Assembly (NCBI GenBank): GCA_902826775.1
Contig: CADEHE010000003.1
Span: 431,892 to 495,891 of the forward strand
Direction of reading: 5' to 3'
Source: an uncultured Pseudomonadota bacterium
Lineage (GTDB): Bacteria > Pseudomonadota > Gammaproteobacteria > Burkholderiales > JALYOK01
DNA: 64,000 bases
Shown: in pieces, positions 39,172-47,383 of the stretch
Position numbering within the stretch: the first letter of the stretch is position 1
Layout: every line of letters starts with the position of its first letter
The notes under the pieces: generated by a model
What the model was told of the DNA's origin: nothing
Seen by the model: only the letters and a program-made list of their open reading frames with translations
Databases searched by the model: none
Program-made: the position numbers and the translations under genes

Positions 39172-40179
39172 CTAGCAGCGCACGACTACCTTACCGACGT
39201 GCGCCCCGCTGTGTTGATACTCGTACGCGGCGCGCATTTGATCGAACGCAAAAGTATTGTCGATCACCGGGCGCAATTGGTGCAATTCGATCGCACGGTT
39301 CATTTCCTCAAACGTAGCACGTGAACCGACGAAGATGCCTTGCAGCTTGATGCGTTTGCGCAGCAGTTGGATGGTATTGACCGCGCCCGCCATGCCTGTG
39401 AGTGTTCCCATGATGCTGATCGCGCCGCTGATGCGCACCGCGTTCAAGGTCTTATTGAGCGTGTCCGGTCCGCCGACTTCGATGACGATGTCGGCACCGC
39501 GCCCGCCCGTGCGCTTGAGCACTTCTTCGTCCCAATTCGGCGTTTTCGTATAGTTGATCAATTCGTCGGCGCCGAGCTTGCGCGCGAGTTCCAGCTTGGC
39601 GTCGCTGCTGGAGGTGAGGATCACGCGTGCGCCGTGCAACTTGGCAAATTGCACGGCGAAGATCGACACACCGCCGGTGCCGAGCAACAGCACGGTCTGC
39701 CCGGCGCGCAAACCCGCGTGCTTGAGCGCATCCCAGGCCGTCACCGCTGCGCACGGCAGGCATGCCGCCTCCTCATAGCTCAGATGCTGCGGCACCTGCA
39801 CCACACCTTGCTCATCGAGAACGACGTGCTCCGCCGCCATACCGTCGATCGCCCCGCCGAGGGCGGAAGCGAATTTTTCCGCATCGAGCTCGCCGTCGAG
39901 CCACTGCTGCATGAAACAACCGGCGACACGATCGCCTACTTTTACGCGCGTAACGCCCGCTCCGATCGCCACAACTTCCCCGGCGCCGTCGGATAGCGGC
40001 ACACGACCGGCCAGCGCCGGCGTCTGCTCGGCGCTGCGCGCTGTCAGCAAGTCGCGATAGTTGAGCGATACCGCTTTGACTTTGACCAGAACTTGTCCCG
40101 GCTGGGGTTGGGGCGTTTCCGCTTGAGTGCGAACAACGCATTCATAAAACGGTCTGGGCTGAAGTTGATAGCGTTGCAC
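39172..40179 (-). CDS. zinc-type alcohol dehydrogenase / quinone oxidoreductase family (MDR) protein
   Basis: 'VLVKVKAVSLNYRDLL...PLSDGAGEVVAIG...VLLLGTGGVSIFAVQFAK'. Confidence 0.85.
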   Translation of the reverse strand: MQRYQLQPRPFYECVVRTQAETPQPQPGQVLVKVKAVSLNYRDLLTARSAEQTPALAGRVPLSDGAGEVVAIGAGVTRVKVGDRVAGCFMQQWLDGELDAEKFASALGGAIDGMAAEHVVLDEQGVVQVPQHLSYEEAACLPCAAVTAWDALKHAGLRAGQTVLLLGTGGVSIFAVQFAKLHGARVILTSSSDAKLELARKLGADELINYTKTPNWDEEVLKRTGGRGADIVIEVGGPDTLNKTLNAVRISGAISIMGTLTGMAGAVNTIQLLRKRIKLQGIFVGSRATFEEMNRAIELHQLRPVIDNTFAFDQMRAAYEYQHSGAHVGKVVVRC

Positions 40180-40283
40180 AACGCACTCCTTAATGGCGAA
40201 AGCCCTATTTTAAAGGCCTAGAAACGCAGACAGCCGGCACTTGGGCCGGCTGTCGTTTGCTGCCCCTGCGCCGAGCGGCGCGA

Positions 40284-40622
40284 TTACTTCTTCTTGGCTT
40301 TGCTCGCGCTTTTCTTCTTCGCAGCGGGCTTCTTTGCCATAGTTTTCTTCTTAGCCGCGGGTTTCTTTGCGGCGGGCTTCTTTGCCGTAGCCTTCTTTTT
40401 GACGGCAGGTTTCTTCGCCGCCGGCTTCTTCGCGGTAGCTTTCTTCTTCGCTACTGCCTTCTTGCTCTTCGCCGAAGTTTCATCCTTTGCCGAAGCGCGA
40501 ATATCCGCCGCGTGGGCGCGCTTGAAGGTTTGGATGTCAACAAACTGCCCCTCCGCATCGCGTACGGCGTAAAGCTTGGTGCCGGTGGTGCTGCGATGCG
40601 TGGTGCGTTTCTTTGCCGCCAT
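40284..40622 (-). CDS. histone H1-like Lys/Ala-repeat DNA-binding protein
   Basis: The ATG is preceded by GGGAGG. N-terminal 'MAAKKRTTHRSTTGTKLYAVRDAEGQFVDIQTFKRAH', then the tail 'KKATAKKPAAKKPAVKKKATAKKPAAKKPAAKKK...', which is encoded by tandemly repetitive DNA. Confidence 0.75.
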   Translation of the reverse strand: MAAKKRTTHRSTTGTKLYAVRDAEGQFVDIQTFKRAHAADIRASAKDETSAKSKKAVAKKKATAKKPAAKKPAVKKKATAKKPAAKKPAAKKKTMAKKPAAKKKSASKAKKK

Positions 40623-40737
40623 GCTGCCTCCCAATAAAGTTATGGAACCGTGAGGATAAATCGAACCACAGGTATCACGCTACGCATAGCTTGGAAAACA
40701 TCGCAAATTTTTTGCTGAGTGTGTGATGCGATCAACA

Positions 40738-41157
40738 CTATTCGTCGAGCCCGGTGCCTTCGATCAACTCACCGCTGGCAGCATCGAACGCAGCGCGCCG
40801 CGACACCACTCCGTCTCGCGCCGCATCGTACACTTCGACCAGAACGCGACCCGGTTGCGCTTGCGGTCGCGCGATCAACCAAGCACCCGGTGGCACGCGC
40901 GCGGCGAGCAAATCGCAGTTGGCAGATTTGGCTTGCTGTCCCGCAGGCACGCCCGGTTTCCAAATACGGCACTGTCCCAGAGGAGGCAATTGTCCGGGTG
41001 GAATCCTAAGATTCGGCGCCACCCTGCCGGGCGATCCACTGACTTGTTCGGGCGGTCCCGGGTCGGGCGTGCGCGGCCGGCGCAGATCGATCTCGCCGCA
41101 AGCGGCAAGGACGCTCAGCACCAGCAGGCAGGACCACAGCTTCGCTACGACTTTCAT
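40738..41157 (-). CDS. hypothetical lipoprotein
   Basis: The ATG is preceded by GGGAGG. Lipobox 'LLVLSVLAAC', plus a Pro-rich motif 'RIPPGQLPPLGQCRIWKPGVPAGQQ'. Confidence 0.65.
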   Translation of the reverse strand: MKVVAKLWSCLLVLSVLAACGEIDLRRPRTPDPGPPEQVSGSPGRVAPNLRIPPGQLPPLGQCRIWKPGVPAGQQAKSANCDLLAARVPPGAWLIARPQAQPGRVLVEVYDAARDGVVSRRAAFDAASGELIEGTGLDE

Positions 41158-41193
41158 GCGACCTCCCATGCGATAACGGCGCCGCGCGCCGCT

Positions 41194-41853
41194 TCACTTG
41201 CGCTGTTTAGCCTCCGAAGCCGCAGCGTTTGGCGTTTTAGACTGGACTTTCGGCTGGGCGCTCGATGCGGCACGCGGCGTACTGGAGGAGGACTCCGTCG
41301 TTCGCGCGCGTTTGGGTATCTTGGGATAGCGCAGCCACTTGATCTCGACCGCCTTGTCGATCAGCGCGCTCGTGACTTCGCTGCCTAACTGCGTCGGACA
41401 CCAGACCTCCAATCGGTAGCGAGCACGCGGTAACGGCACCAGGCCGAACGCAGAATCGACACTCCACTTACCGGCCGCTTCGCGCGTCACGCGCATGTCG
41501 AGCTTGTCGCCGCGCATACGCAGTGTCGCCTCGCCTGGGACGCCATCGTTTTCATTCCAACCGGTGTTAGTAAAGTAAACGTGCGCTACGTCACCGTAGA
41601 CTTTGCCCCAGACGAAACCACCGCCGGAGCGCAGCGGTGACATAATTTGATCAACCTCACCGCAGATGGTGTCGCCTTCGCGCTGCAACACCAGCTGTGT
41701 GGTAACCAAATACGCGTCGTTGTTGCGGCAGCGGTCGAAGTGCTGCGAGGTAGCCCCGTCGCAAGGTCGCGTAATACGCCAGATGCCGTCGAAGGCTTGC
41801 GGCGCGGCTGCCAGCGCAGACAGCGATGCAAACACTAAGCCCGCACTAGTCAC
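41194..41853 (-). CDS. hypothetical secreted protein with Ser/Lys/Ala-rich tail
   Basis: The in-frame GTG gives 'TSAGLVFASLSALAAAPQAF', which looks like a signal peptide. The longer ORF start at 42063 would run through the REP pair. The start is uncertain. Confidence 0.5.
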   Translation of the reverse strand: MTSAGLVFASLSALAAAPQAFDGIWRITRPCDGATSQHFDRCRNNDAYLVTTQLVLQREGDTICGEVDQIMSPLRSGGGFVWGKVYGDVAHVYFTNTGWNENDGVPGEATLRMRGDKLDMRVTREAAGKWSVDSAFGLVPLPRARYRLEVWCPTQLGSEVTSALIDKAVEIKWLRYPKIPKRARTTESSSSTPRAASSAQPKVQSKTPNAAASEAKQRK

Positions 41854-41918
41854 AGCGCGGTAAAGGAACGCAAATAATGAGCTCTGTTTTACTAGGGTCT
41901 TTTGACAGCCAGTGGTGT

Positions 41919-42014
41919 GTAGGGTGGGCAAAGCACAGCGCGCCCACGCGTCGCAAGCGTGCACCTGTGGTGGCGGCCCCGAATCGTGGGCACGCTGCGA
42001 TTTGCCCACCCTAC
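41919..42014. repeat. REP-like palindromic element pair in inverted orientation
   Basis: gtagggtgggcaaagcacagcgcgcccacg (41919-41948) matches the reverse complement of cgtgggcacgctgcgatttgcccaccctac (41985-42014) at 26 of 30 positions. Each arm holds a GTGGGC...GCCCAC hairpin. The right arm translates to the familiar spurious 'VGTLRFAHPT'. Confidence 0.75.
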
Positions 42015-42123
42015 CGGCCGCGGTTGACTGCTTATGACACATTAGCGCTAGCCAAGGAAACATGGTATTCAGTCAACAAAACATATCAGACAACGCGATG
42101 AAAGTCCCCAAGAAACTGATTTC

Positions 42124-43467
42124 TCATTCACCCGCCACCGTCATACGCTCAACCAGGATTGATCCGCATTGGCGCGAGCCGCGCACAATGATGTCGTTGC
42201 CGATGCCTATGATGCCCATATACATCTCTTTCAAATTGCCGGCGATGGTGATCTCTTCCACCGGGTATTGAATCGTGCCGCCCTCCACCCAATAACCCGA
42301 AGCGCCGCGCGAGTAGTCCCCGGTAACCTGATTGATGCCGTGGCCGAGCAGCTCGGTGACCAGCAGGCCGGTACCCATGCGCTTGAGCAAATCTTCAAAG
42401 CTGGCGCCCTCGCTCGGCACCAACAAATTGTGCGTCCCGCCCGCATTGCCGGTCGATTGCATGCCGAGCTTGCGCGCCGAGTAGCTGCCAAGAAAATAGC
42501 CTTGCAGCACGCCGTCCTTGACGATATCGCGATCGCGCGTGGCCACGCCTTCCGAATCGAAGTTCCCGCTGCCCAAGCCTTTGCGCAAGTGCGGGCGTTC
42601 CAAAATCTGCACTTTGTCGGAGAACACCTTCTTGCCCAAGCTGTCGAGCAAGAATGAGGACTTGCGATACAAACTGCCGCCGCTTACCGCACCGACAAAG
42701 TGCCCGATGAACCCCGAAGCCAGTGGCGCTTCGAACAACACCGGCACTTGGCGCGTGCCGATCTTGCGCGCATGCAGGCGCTGAACGCTGCGCTCACCCG
42801 CGCGCCGGCCGACCGATTCCGCCGCTTCCAGGTCGGCGGCATCGCGCGCGACGCTGTACCAATCGTCGCGCTGCATCGACTCGCCTTCTTCGGCGATCAC
42901 CGAACAAGTAATGCCATGCCGCGATGTGTAGTAGCCGCCGGTGAAGCCGAGGCTGTTGCCGTACATGAAGTGCGAGCCTTGGCTCGATACCGACGCGCCG
43001 TCGGAATTCGTAATGCGCTTATCCACGGCCAGCGCCGCACTCTCGGAGCTCTTGGCGAGTTCCACCGCCGCATCGACATCGATCGGCCAGGGGTGATAGA
43101 GATCGAGATCCGGCCCGTCACCGCGCAGCAGTAGCGCTTCGTCGGGCAGACCCGCGTAGGGATCCTCCGCCGTGTGGCGCGCGATGCTGCAAGCTTTACT
43201 CATGGTGTCGCGCAAAGCCTGCGGCGAGAGGTCGGAAGAACTCGCATGGCCACGGCGTTGTCCGAAATAGACGGTAGCGCCAAAACCCTTGTCGCGGTTA
43301 TGTTCGATCGTCTCGACTTCGCCTTTGCGCACGGTGACGTTCAGGCCGTAGCCTTCGGACACATCGATTTCGGCGCCGCTGGCGCCCTGCTCCTTCGCCA
43401 AGCGCAACCCATCGGCGACCAATTGCCGCAACACATCCGGAGAATAAGAAAATTGCTCGTGCTTCAC
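42124..43467 (-). CDS. pmbA: metalloprotease PmbA (TldE)
   Basis: Only the last 447 codons of ORF 42124..44271 are credible: 'LRLAKEQGASGAEIDVSEGYGLNVTVRKGEVETIEHNRDKGFGATVY...GINQVTGDYSRGASGYWVEGG'. The start is a GTG. The gene is divergent from yjgA, as in E. coli. Confidence 0.88.
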   Translation of the reverse strand: MKHEQFSYSPDVLRQLVADGLRLAKEQGASGAEIDVSEGYGLNVTVRKGEVETIEHNRDKGFGATVYFGQRRGHASSSDLSPQALRDTMSKACSIARHTAEDPYAGLPDEALLLRGDGPDLDLYHPWPIDVDAAVELAKSSESAALAVDKRITNSDGASVSSQGSHFMYGNSLGFTGGYYTSRHGITCSVIAEEGESMQRDDWYSVARDAADLEAAESVGRRAGERSVQRLHARKIGTRQVPVLFEAPLASGFIGHFVGAVSGGSLYRKSSFLLDSLGKKVFSDKVQILERPHLRKGLGSGNFDSEGVATRDRDIVKDGVLQGYFLGSYSARKLGMQSTGNAGGTHNLLVPSEGASFEDLLKRMGTGLLVTELLGHGINQVTGDYSRGASGYWVEGGTIQYPVEEITIAGNLKEMYMGIIGIGNDIIVRGSRQCGSILVERMTVAGE

Positions 43468-43576
43468 GCCGCTGAATTCATCGTTGATCTCAGGTTGGGT
43501 ATCATAGCAGGCTGCGCACCTGCGCACTGAATCCCACGGACCGCTCTGAATTTCACTCCGGCCAGCCGGCGAACAA

Positions 43577-44080
43577 ATGGACCCCATCAGCAAATCGCAA
43601 CGCAAGCGCGACATGCAAGCTCTGCAAGAGCTAGGGGAAGAACTCGTCGAGCTTTCACGCGAACGCTTACATAAGCTCAATCTACCTGAACCTTTGCTGG
43701 ATGCAATTCTCGAGGCACAACGCATCAAGGCGCACGAAGGGCGCCGCCGGCAATTGCAGTACGTCGGGCGCTTGATGCGCGATGTCGATGCCGAACCGAT
43801 AGCCGCGCAACTCGAACAATGGAAGCAGCCCGGCCGCGCGCAAGCGCGCCTGCACCAACAAGCGGAGCACTGGCGCGAGCAATTGCTGCGCGAAGCCAAC
43901 GCGCTTGAGGCGCTGTGCGCGCAGTTTCCGCAAGCGACCGTGGAAAAAGCGCGCCTGACCGAACTGATGCAACAAACGCACTGGGAGAGCGAGCAAGGTA
44001 AACCGCCGAAAGCCGCTAGAGCGCTATTTCGCCTTCTCAGCGCGCTGTTGCATACCAACACGCAAACCACTCCGACATGA
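43577..44080 (+). CDS. yjgA: ribosome-associated protein YjgA/DarP (DUF615)
   Basis: 'SKSQRKRDMQALQELGEELVEL...LQYVGRLMRDVD'. 167 aa. Confidence 0.85.
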   Translation: MDPISKSQRKRDMQALQELGEELVELSRERLHKLNLPEPLLDAILEAQRIKAHEGRRRQLQYVGRLMRDVDAEPIAAQLEQWKQPGRAQARLHQQAEHWREQLLREANALEALCAQFPQATVEKARLTELMQQTHWESEQGKPPKAARALFRLLSALLHTNTQTTPT

Positions 44081-44646
44081 GCGATAACATTTACGACCCC
44101 ATCAAGATCGGCCTGGTCACCGTCAGCGACCGCGCTTCCAAAGGTATTTATCAAGACGAAGGCATACCGGCGCTGCGCAGCTGGTTGAACCAAGTGCTGT
44201 TCAATCCGATGACGCTGGTGGAACGCGTCATTCCCGACGAACGTCCGTTGATCGAATCGACCCTCAAGCAACTGGCCGATGACGAACGCTGCAGCCTGAT
44301 CCTCACCACCGGCGGCACCGGCCCCGCGCCGCGCGATGTCACGCCGGATGCGACGGTAGCCATCGCCGATCGCGTCATGGACGGCTTCGGCGAAGCGATG
44401 CGCGCGGTGAGCCTAAAGTACGTGCCGACGGCCATTCTGTCGCGCCAAGTCGCGGTGATTCGCAAAGCCTCGCTCATCGTCAACCTGCCGGGTCAACCGA
44501 AGTCGATCAAAGAAACGCTAGACGGGATTTTCGCCGCCGTGCCGTACTGCGTCGACTTGATCGGCGGACCCTACATCGAAACGCGCGAAGAATTCGTCAA
44601 AACATTCCGGCCCAAATCGGCCATTCGCGCGCCGCGCACAGGCTAA
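44077..44646 (+). CDS. mog: molybdopterin adenylyltransferase Mog
   Basis: 'IKIGLVTVSDRAS...LILTTGGTGPAPRDVTPDAT...VNLPGQPKS'. An ATGA overlap joins it to yjgA. Confidence 0.9.
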   Translation: MSDNIYDPIKIGLVTVSDRASKGIYQDEGIPALRSWLNQVLFNPMTLVERVIPDERPLIESTLKQLADDERCSLILTTGGTGPAPRDVTPDATVAIADRVMDGFGEAMRAVSLKYVPTAILSRQVAVIRKASLIVNLPGQPKSIKETLDGIFAAVPYCVDLIGGPYIETREEFVKTFRPKSAIRAPRTG

Positions 44647-44967
44647 TCTCGGTAGGTTGGCAGGGAGATATCCACAGGCGGAAACGCCGAAGGGGCGGCA
44701 CGAGAGTTTGCAACCGGATACGTTCCGCTACGAAATCACCGCGCGCGAGCTGCCAGCAGCATAGATTGGAGATGAGCTGCGAACCCCTCACCCGATGCGA
44801 ATGCGGCGGTGTGGTTTGCTGCGCTCCGCCCTTCCTCTATACTCAACAATCCGCTTAGCGCCGTTCCGATGTCGAAGCCATGCGATGGAGTAACATCATC
44901 GTCTCTCAGCGAACTGCGGCTGCGTGCCCGCATGCGCCGACGGCGCGCTCACAATTGAGGAGAAAAC

Positions 44968-45627
44968 ATGGCCAAGTCGAATACCGATCACTTTTTGGAC
45001 AACAACAAACAGTATGCCGGCGGGCAAGCGGTTCATAAGGCTGTCCATCCCGGCAAGCAACCGATACAACCGTCCAAGCGCGTTGCCGTTGTGGCGTGCA
45101 TGGACGCGCGCTTGGACGTGGAAGACCTGCTCGGTTTGCAGACAGGCGAGGCGCATATCATCCGCAACGCCGGTGGTGTGGTCACCGAGGATGCGATCCG
45201 CTGCCTCATCATTTCGCATCACTTGCTCAACACCAACGAAATTATCCTCGTGCATCACACGCGCTGCGGCATGCTGGCCTTTACCGATGATCTGCTCAAG
45301 GCGGGCCTCGAAGGCGACCCAGCCGCCGAGAAACTACTCGGCCAAGCCACTGCGCGCCGATTTACCAGCTGCCACAAATCCGCTGCGACACCCGCTTCAT
45401 TCCACGCTTTTCGCGGTCCGATCGAGGCGCTCGACGCGCCGCGCGATGCGAAAAACAGCGAGCGCCTTGCCTGGGATGTGCGGCGTGGCATGTCCGCAAT
45501 CTTGAACCATCCGTGGCTGCCCACCAGTGGCCCGGACGCAATCACGGTGCGCGGGTTCATATACGATGTCGACACTGGAAAACTCGATGAAGTGAGCTAT
45601 CCGGGACCGATGGGATCGTTTGGCTGA
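44968..45627 (+). CDS. beta-class carbonic anhydrase
   Basis: Zinc ligand motifs '[11 protein letters not shown]' (CxDxR) and 'HHTRCGM' (HxxC). The RBS is GAGGAG. Confidence 0.85.
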   Translation: MAKSNTDHFLDNNKQYAGGQAVHKAVHPGKQPIQPSKRVAVVACMDARLDVEDLLGLQTGEAHIIRNAGGVVTEDAIRCLIISHHLLNTNEIILVHHTRCGMLAFTDDLLKAGLEGDPAAEKLLGQATARRFTSCHKSAATPASFHAFRGPIEALDAPRDAKNSERLAWDVRRGMSAILNHPWLPTSGPDAITVRGFIYDVDTGKLDEVSYPGPMGSFG

Positions 45628-45787
45628 GCGAACCGGGTTCGCGTTACTGAATCGTCGCATGCAGCATCACACTCGTGTTTGCGCTAGAAATCTGTTGCCA
45701 ACGCGATGCAGTTAACCAGCATACGAGCTATTGTATGCCCTTCACATCTAGACTCAACAAGGCTTAACAAAGAATACCATTGACTGT

Positions 45788-46465
45788 ATGCCTGTACTGC
45801 CAGCAATTGAACTCGCCACCGGCCATAACCCCGTCGGCACGGTGATCTGGATGCACGGCCTTGGCGCCGACGGTAACGACTTCGTTCCGGTGGTGAAGGA
45901 ACTCGGCTTACCCGACACGTTGCCGCTGCGCTTCATTTTCCCGCACGCGCCGATGCGCCCGATTACCATCAACAATGGCTTCGTCATGCGTGGCTGGTAC
46001 GACATTCTCGAACTCGGTGCGCTAGAGCGCCGCGTCGACGAAAAGGGCATTCGCGAATCGCAAGCCGCGATTGAAGCCTTGATCGCGCGTGAAATCGAGC
46101 GTGGTATCGCCGCCGGCAAAATCGTGCTCGCGGGATTCTCGCAAGGCGGCGTCATCGCCCTGCAAACCGGCTTGCGCCATAAGGAAAAGCTGGCCGGCAT
46201 CATGGCCTTGTCGACCTACCTGGCGCTGCAATCGACCCTCGCGCAAGAGGCGAGCAGCGCGAACAAAGACATTCCGATTTTTCTGGCGCACGGCACCCAC
46301 GACGACATCATCCCGATCCAACTCGCCCATGCGAGCCGCGATGCATTGACTCGTGCCGGCTACAAAGTCGAGTGGCACGACTATCGCATGCCGCACTCGG
46401 TGAGTCCGGATGAGATCGAGCATATCGGCGCATGGCTGCGGCGCGTGTACCAAGTCGAGAGCTAG
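45788..46465 (+). CDS. carboxylesterase / phospholipase family alpha/beta hydrolase
   Basis: 'VIWMHGLGADGNDF', nucleophile 'GFSQGG', and 'LAHGTHDDIIP'. Confidence 0.85.
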   Translation: MPVLPAIELATGHNPVGTVIWMHGLGADGNDFVPVVKELGLPDTLPLRFIFPHAPMRPITINNGFVMRGWYDILELGALERRVDEKGIRESQAAIEALIAREIERGIAAGKIVLAGFSQGGVIALQTGLRHKEKLAGIMALSTYLALQSTLAQEASSANKDIPIFLAHGTHDDIIPIQLAHASRDALTRAGYKVEWHDYRMPHSVSPDEIEHIGAWLRRVYQVES

Positions 46466-46596
46466 TGAGAATCACAAAGTGCGCGAAGACAAATTCCCCC
46501 GCAAGCGCAGCGTATGAGAAGAAGTTCGTGTAATCCCCACTAGCCGCACTTTCGATCCATCGGTCCAACAGCACGGCGAAGGCGAGTAGAGGCCTA

Positions 46597-47262
46597 ATGG
46601 AATTCAAACTACGCCTGCTTCAACAGTTCAGCCGTATTACCAAGGCACTCAGCAGCGCCAACCGTCTGCAACTGTTGGAGCTACTCGCGCAAAGCGAGCG
46701 CAGCGTCGAAACTCTGGCGACTTTAACCGGCATGTCTGTCGCTAATACCTCACGCCATCTGCAACAGCTGCGCATCGCCGGCCTGGTGCGCAGCCGCAAA
46801 GACGGACTATACGTCTACTATCAAATTTCCGGCGGCGGCGTGGTGCGTCTGCTGCACGCGCTGGGCGAAGTGGCGGAAAACAATCTCGCGGAGGTGTCGC
46901 AGCTCATCAGCGAATTTCTCACCGCACGCGACTCGCTCGAACCTGTCCCCCATCAAGAACTGCTGCAACGCGCCCGCAAGAGATTGGTCACAGTGATCGA
47001 CGTCCGCCCCCCGGAAGAGTTCGCCGCCGGCCATATCCCGGGTGCAATCAACGTACCGCTCGCCGAACTCGAACGCTGGGCACGCGGCGTGCCGAAAAGC
47101 AAACAGATCGTCGCTTATTGCCGCGGCCCGTACTGCTTGATGGCGTTCGAGGCCGTCGCGCGGCTGCGCCGCAAGGGTTACAAAGCGCGGCGGCTGGCGG
47201 ACGGGTTTCCGGAGTGGAAATCCGCCGGATTGCCGCTGGAGTCTGAGGCCAGCGAGCGCTGA
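46597..47262 (+). CDS. ArsR-family transcriptional regulator fused to a rhodanese domain
   Basis: wHTH region 'LSSANRLQLLELLAQSERSVETLATLTGMSVANTSRHLQQLRIAGLV'. Rhodanese region 'VIDVRPPEEFAAGHIPGAINVP...VAYCRGPYC'. Confidence 0.85.
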   Translation: MEFKLRLLQQFSRITKALSSANRLQLLELLAQSERSVETLATLTGMSVANTSRHLQQLRIAGLVRSRKDGLYVYYQISGGGVVRLLHALGEVAENNLAEVSQLISEFLTARDSLEPVPHQELLQRARKRLVTVIDVRPPEEFAAGHIPGAINVPLAELERWARGVPKSKQIVAYCRGPYCLMAFEAVARLRRKGYKARRLADGFPEWKSAGLPLESEASER

Positions 47263-47282
47263 CGGGGCCGGAGGCGCAGGGA
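47249..47282 (+). repeat. 34-nt imperfect direct repeat, copy A (spans the arsR-rhodanese stop codon)
   Basis: ccagcgagcgctgacggggccggaggcgcaggga matches 52446-52479 at 29 of 34 positions, including a 13-nt identical run. Confidence 0.45.
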
Positions 47283-47383
47283 ACGAGTTGATGCCGGCCA
47301 CCGTCATCGCCAGTTCAGATACGCCCGGGCCCTCGATCAGCAGCGATCCCCGACATTGTCGCGAACAACTTGTCAGAGGTTCT

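Noticed and set aside
43468-44271. N-terminal 268 codons of the 715-aa ORF 42124..44271
   Set aside because: The sequence is low-complexity, rich in Cys, Ser and Arg, and antisense to yjgA and the mog start. PmbA homology begins only near the GTG at 43467.
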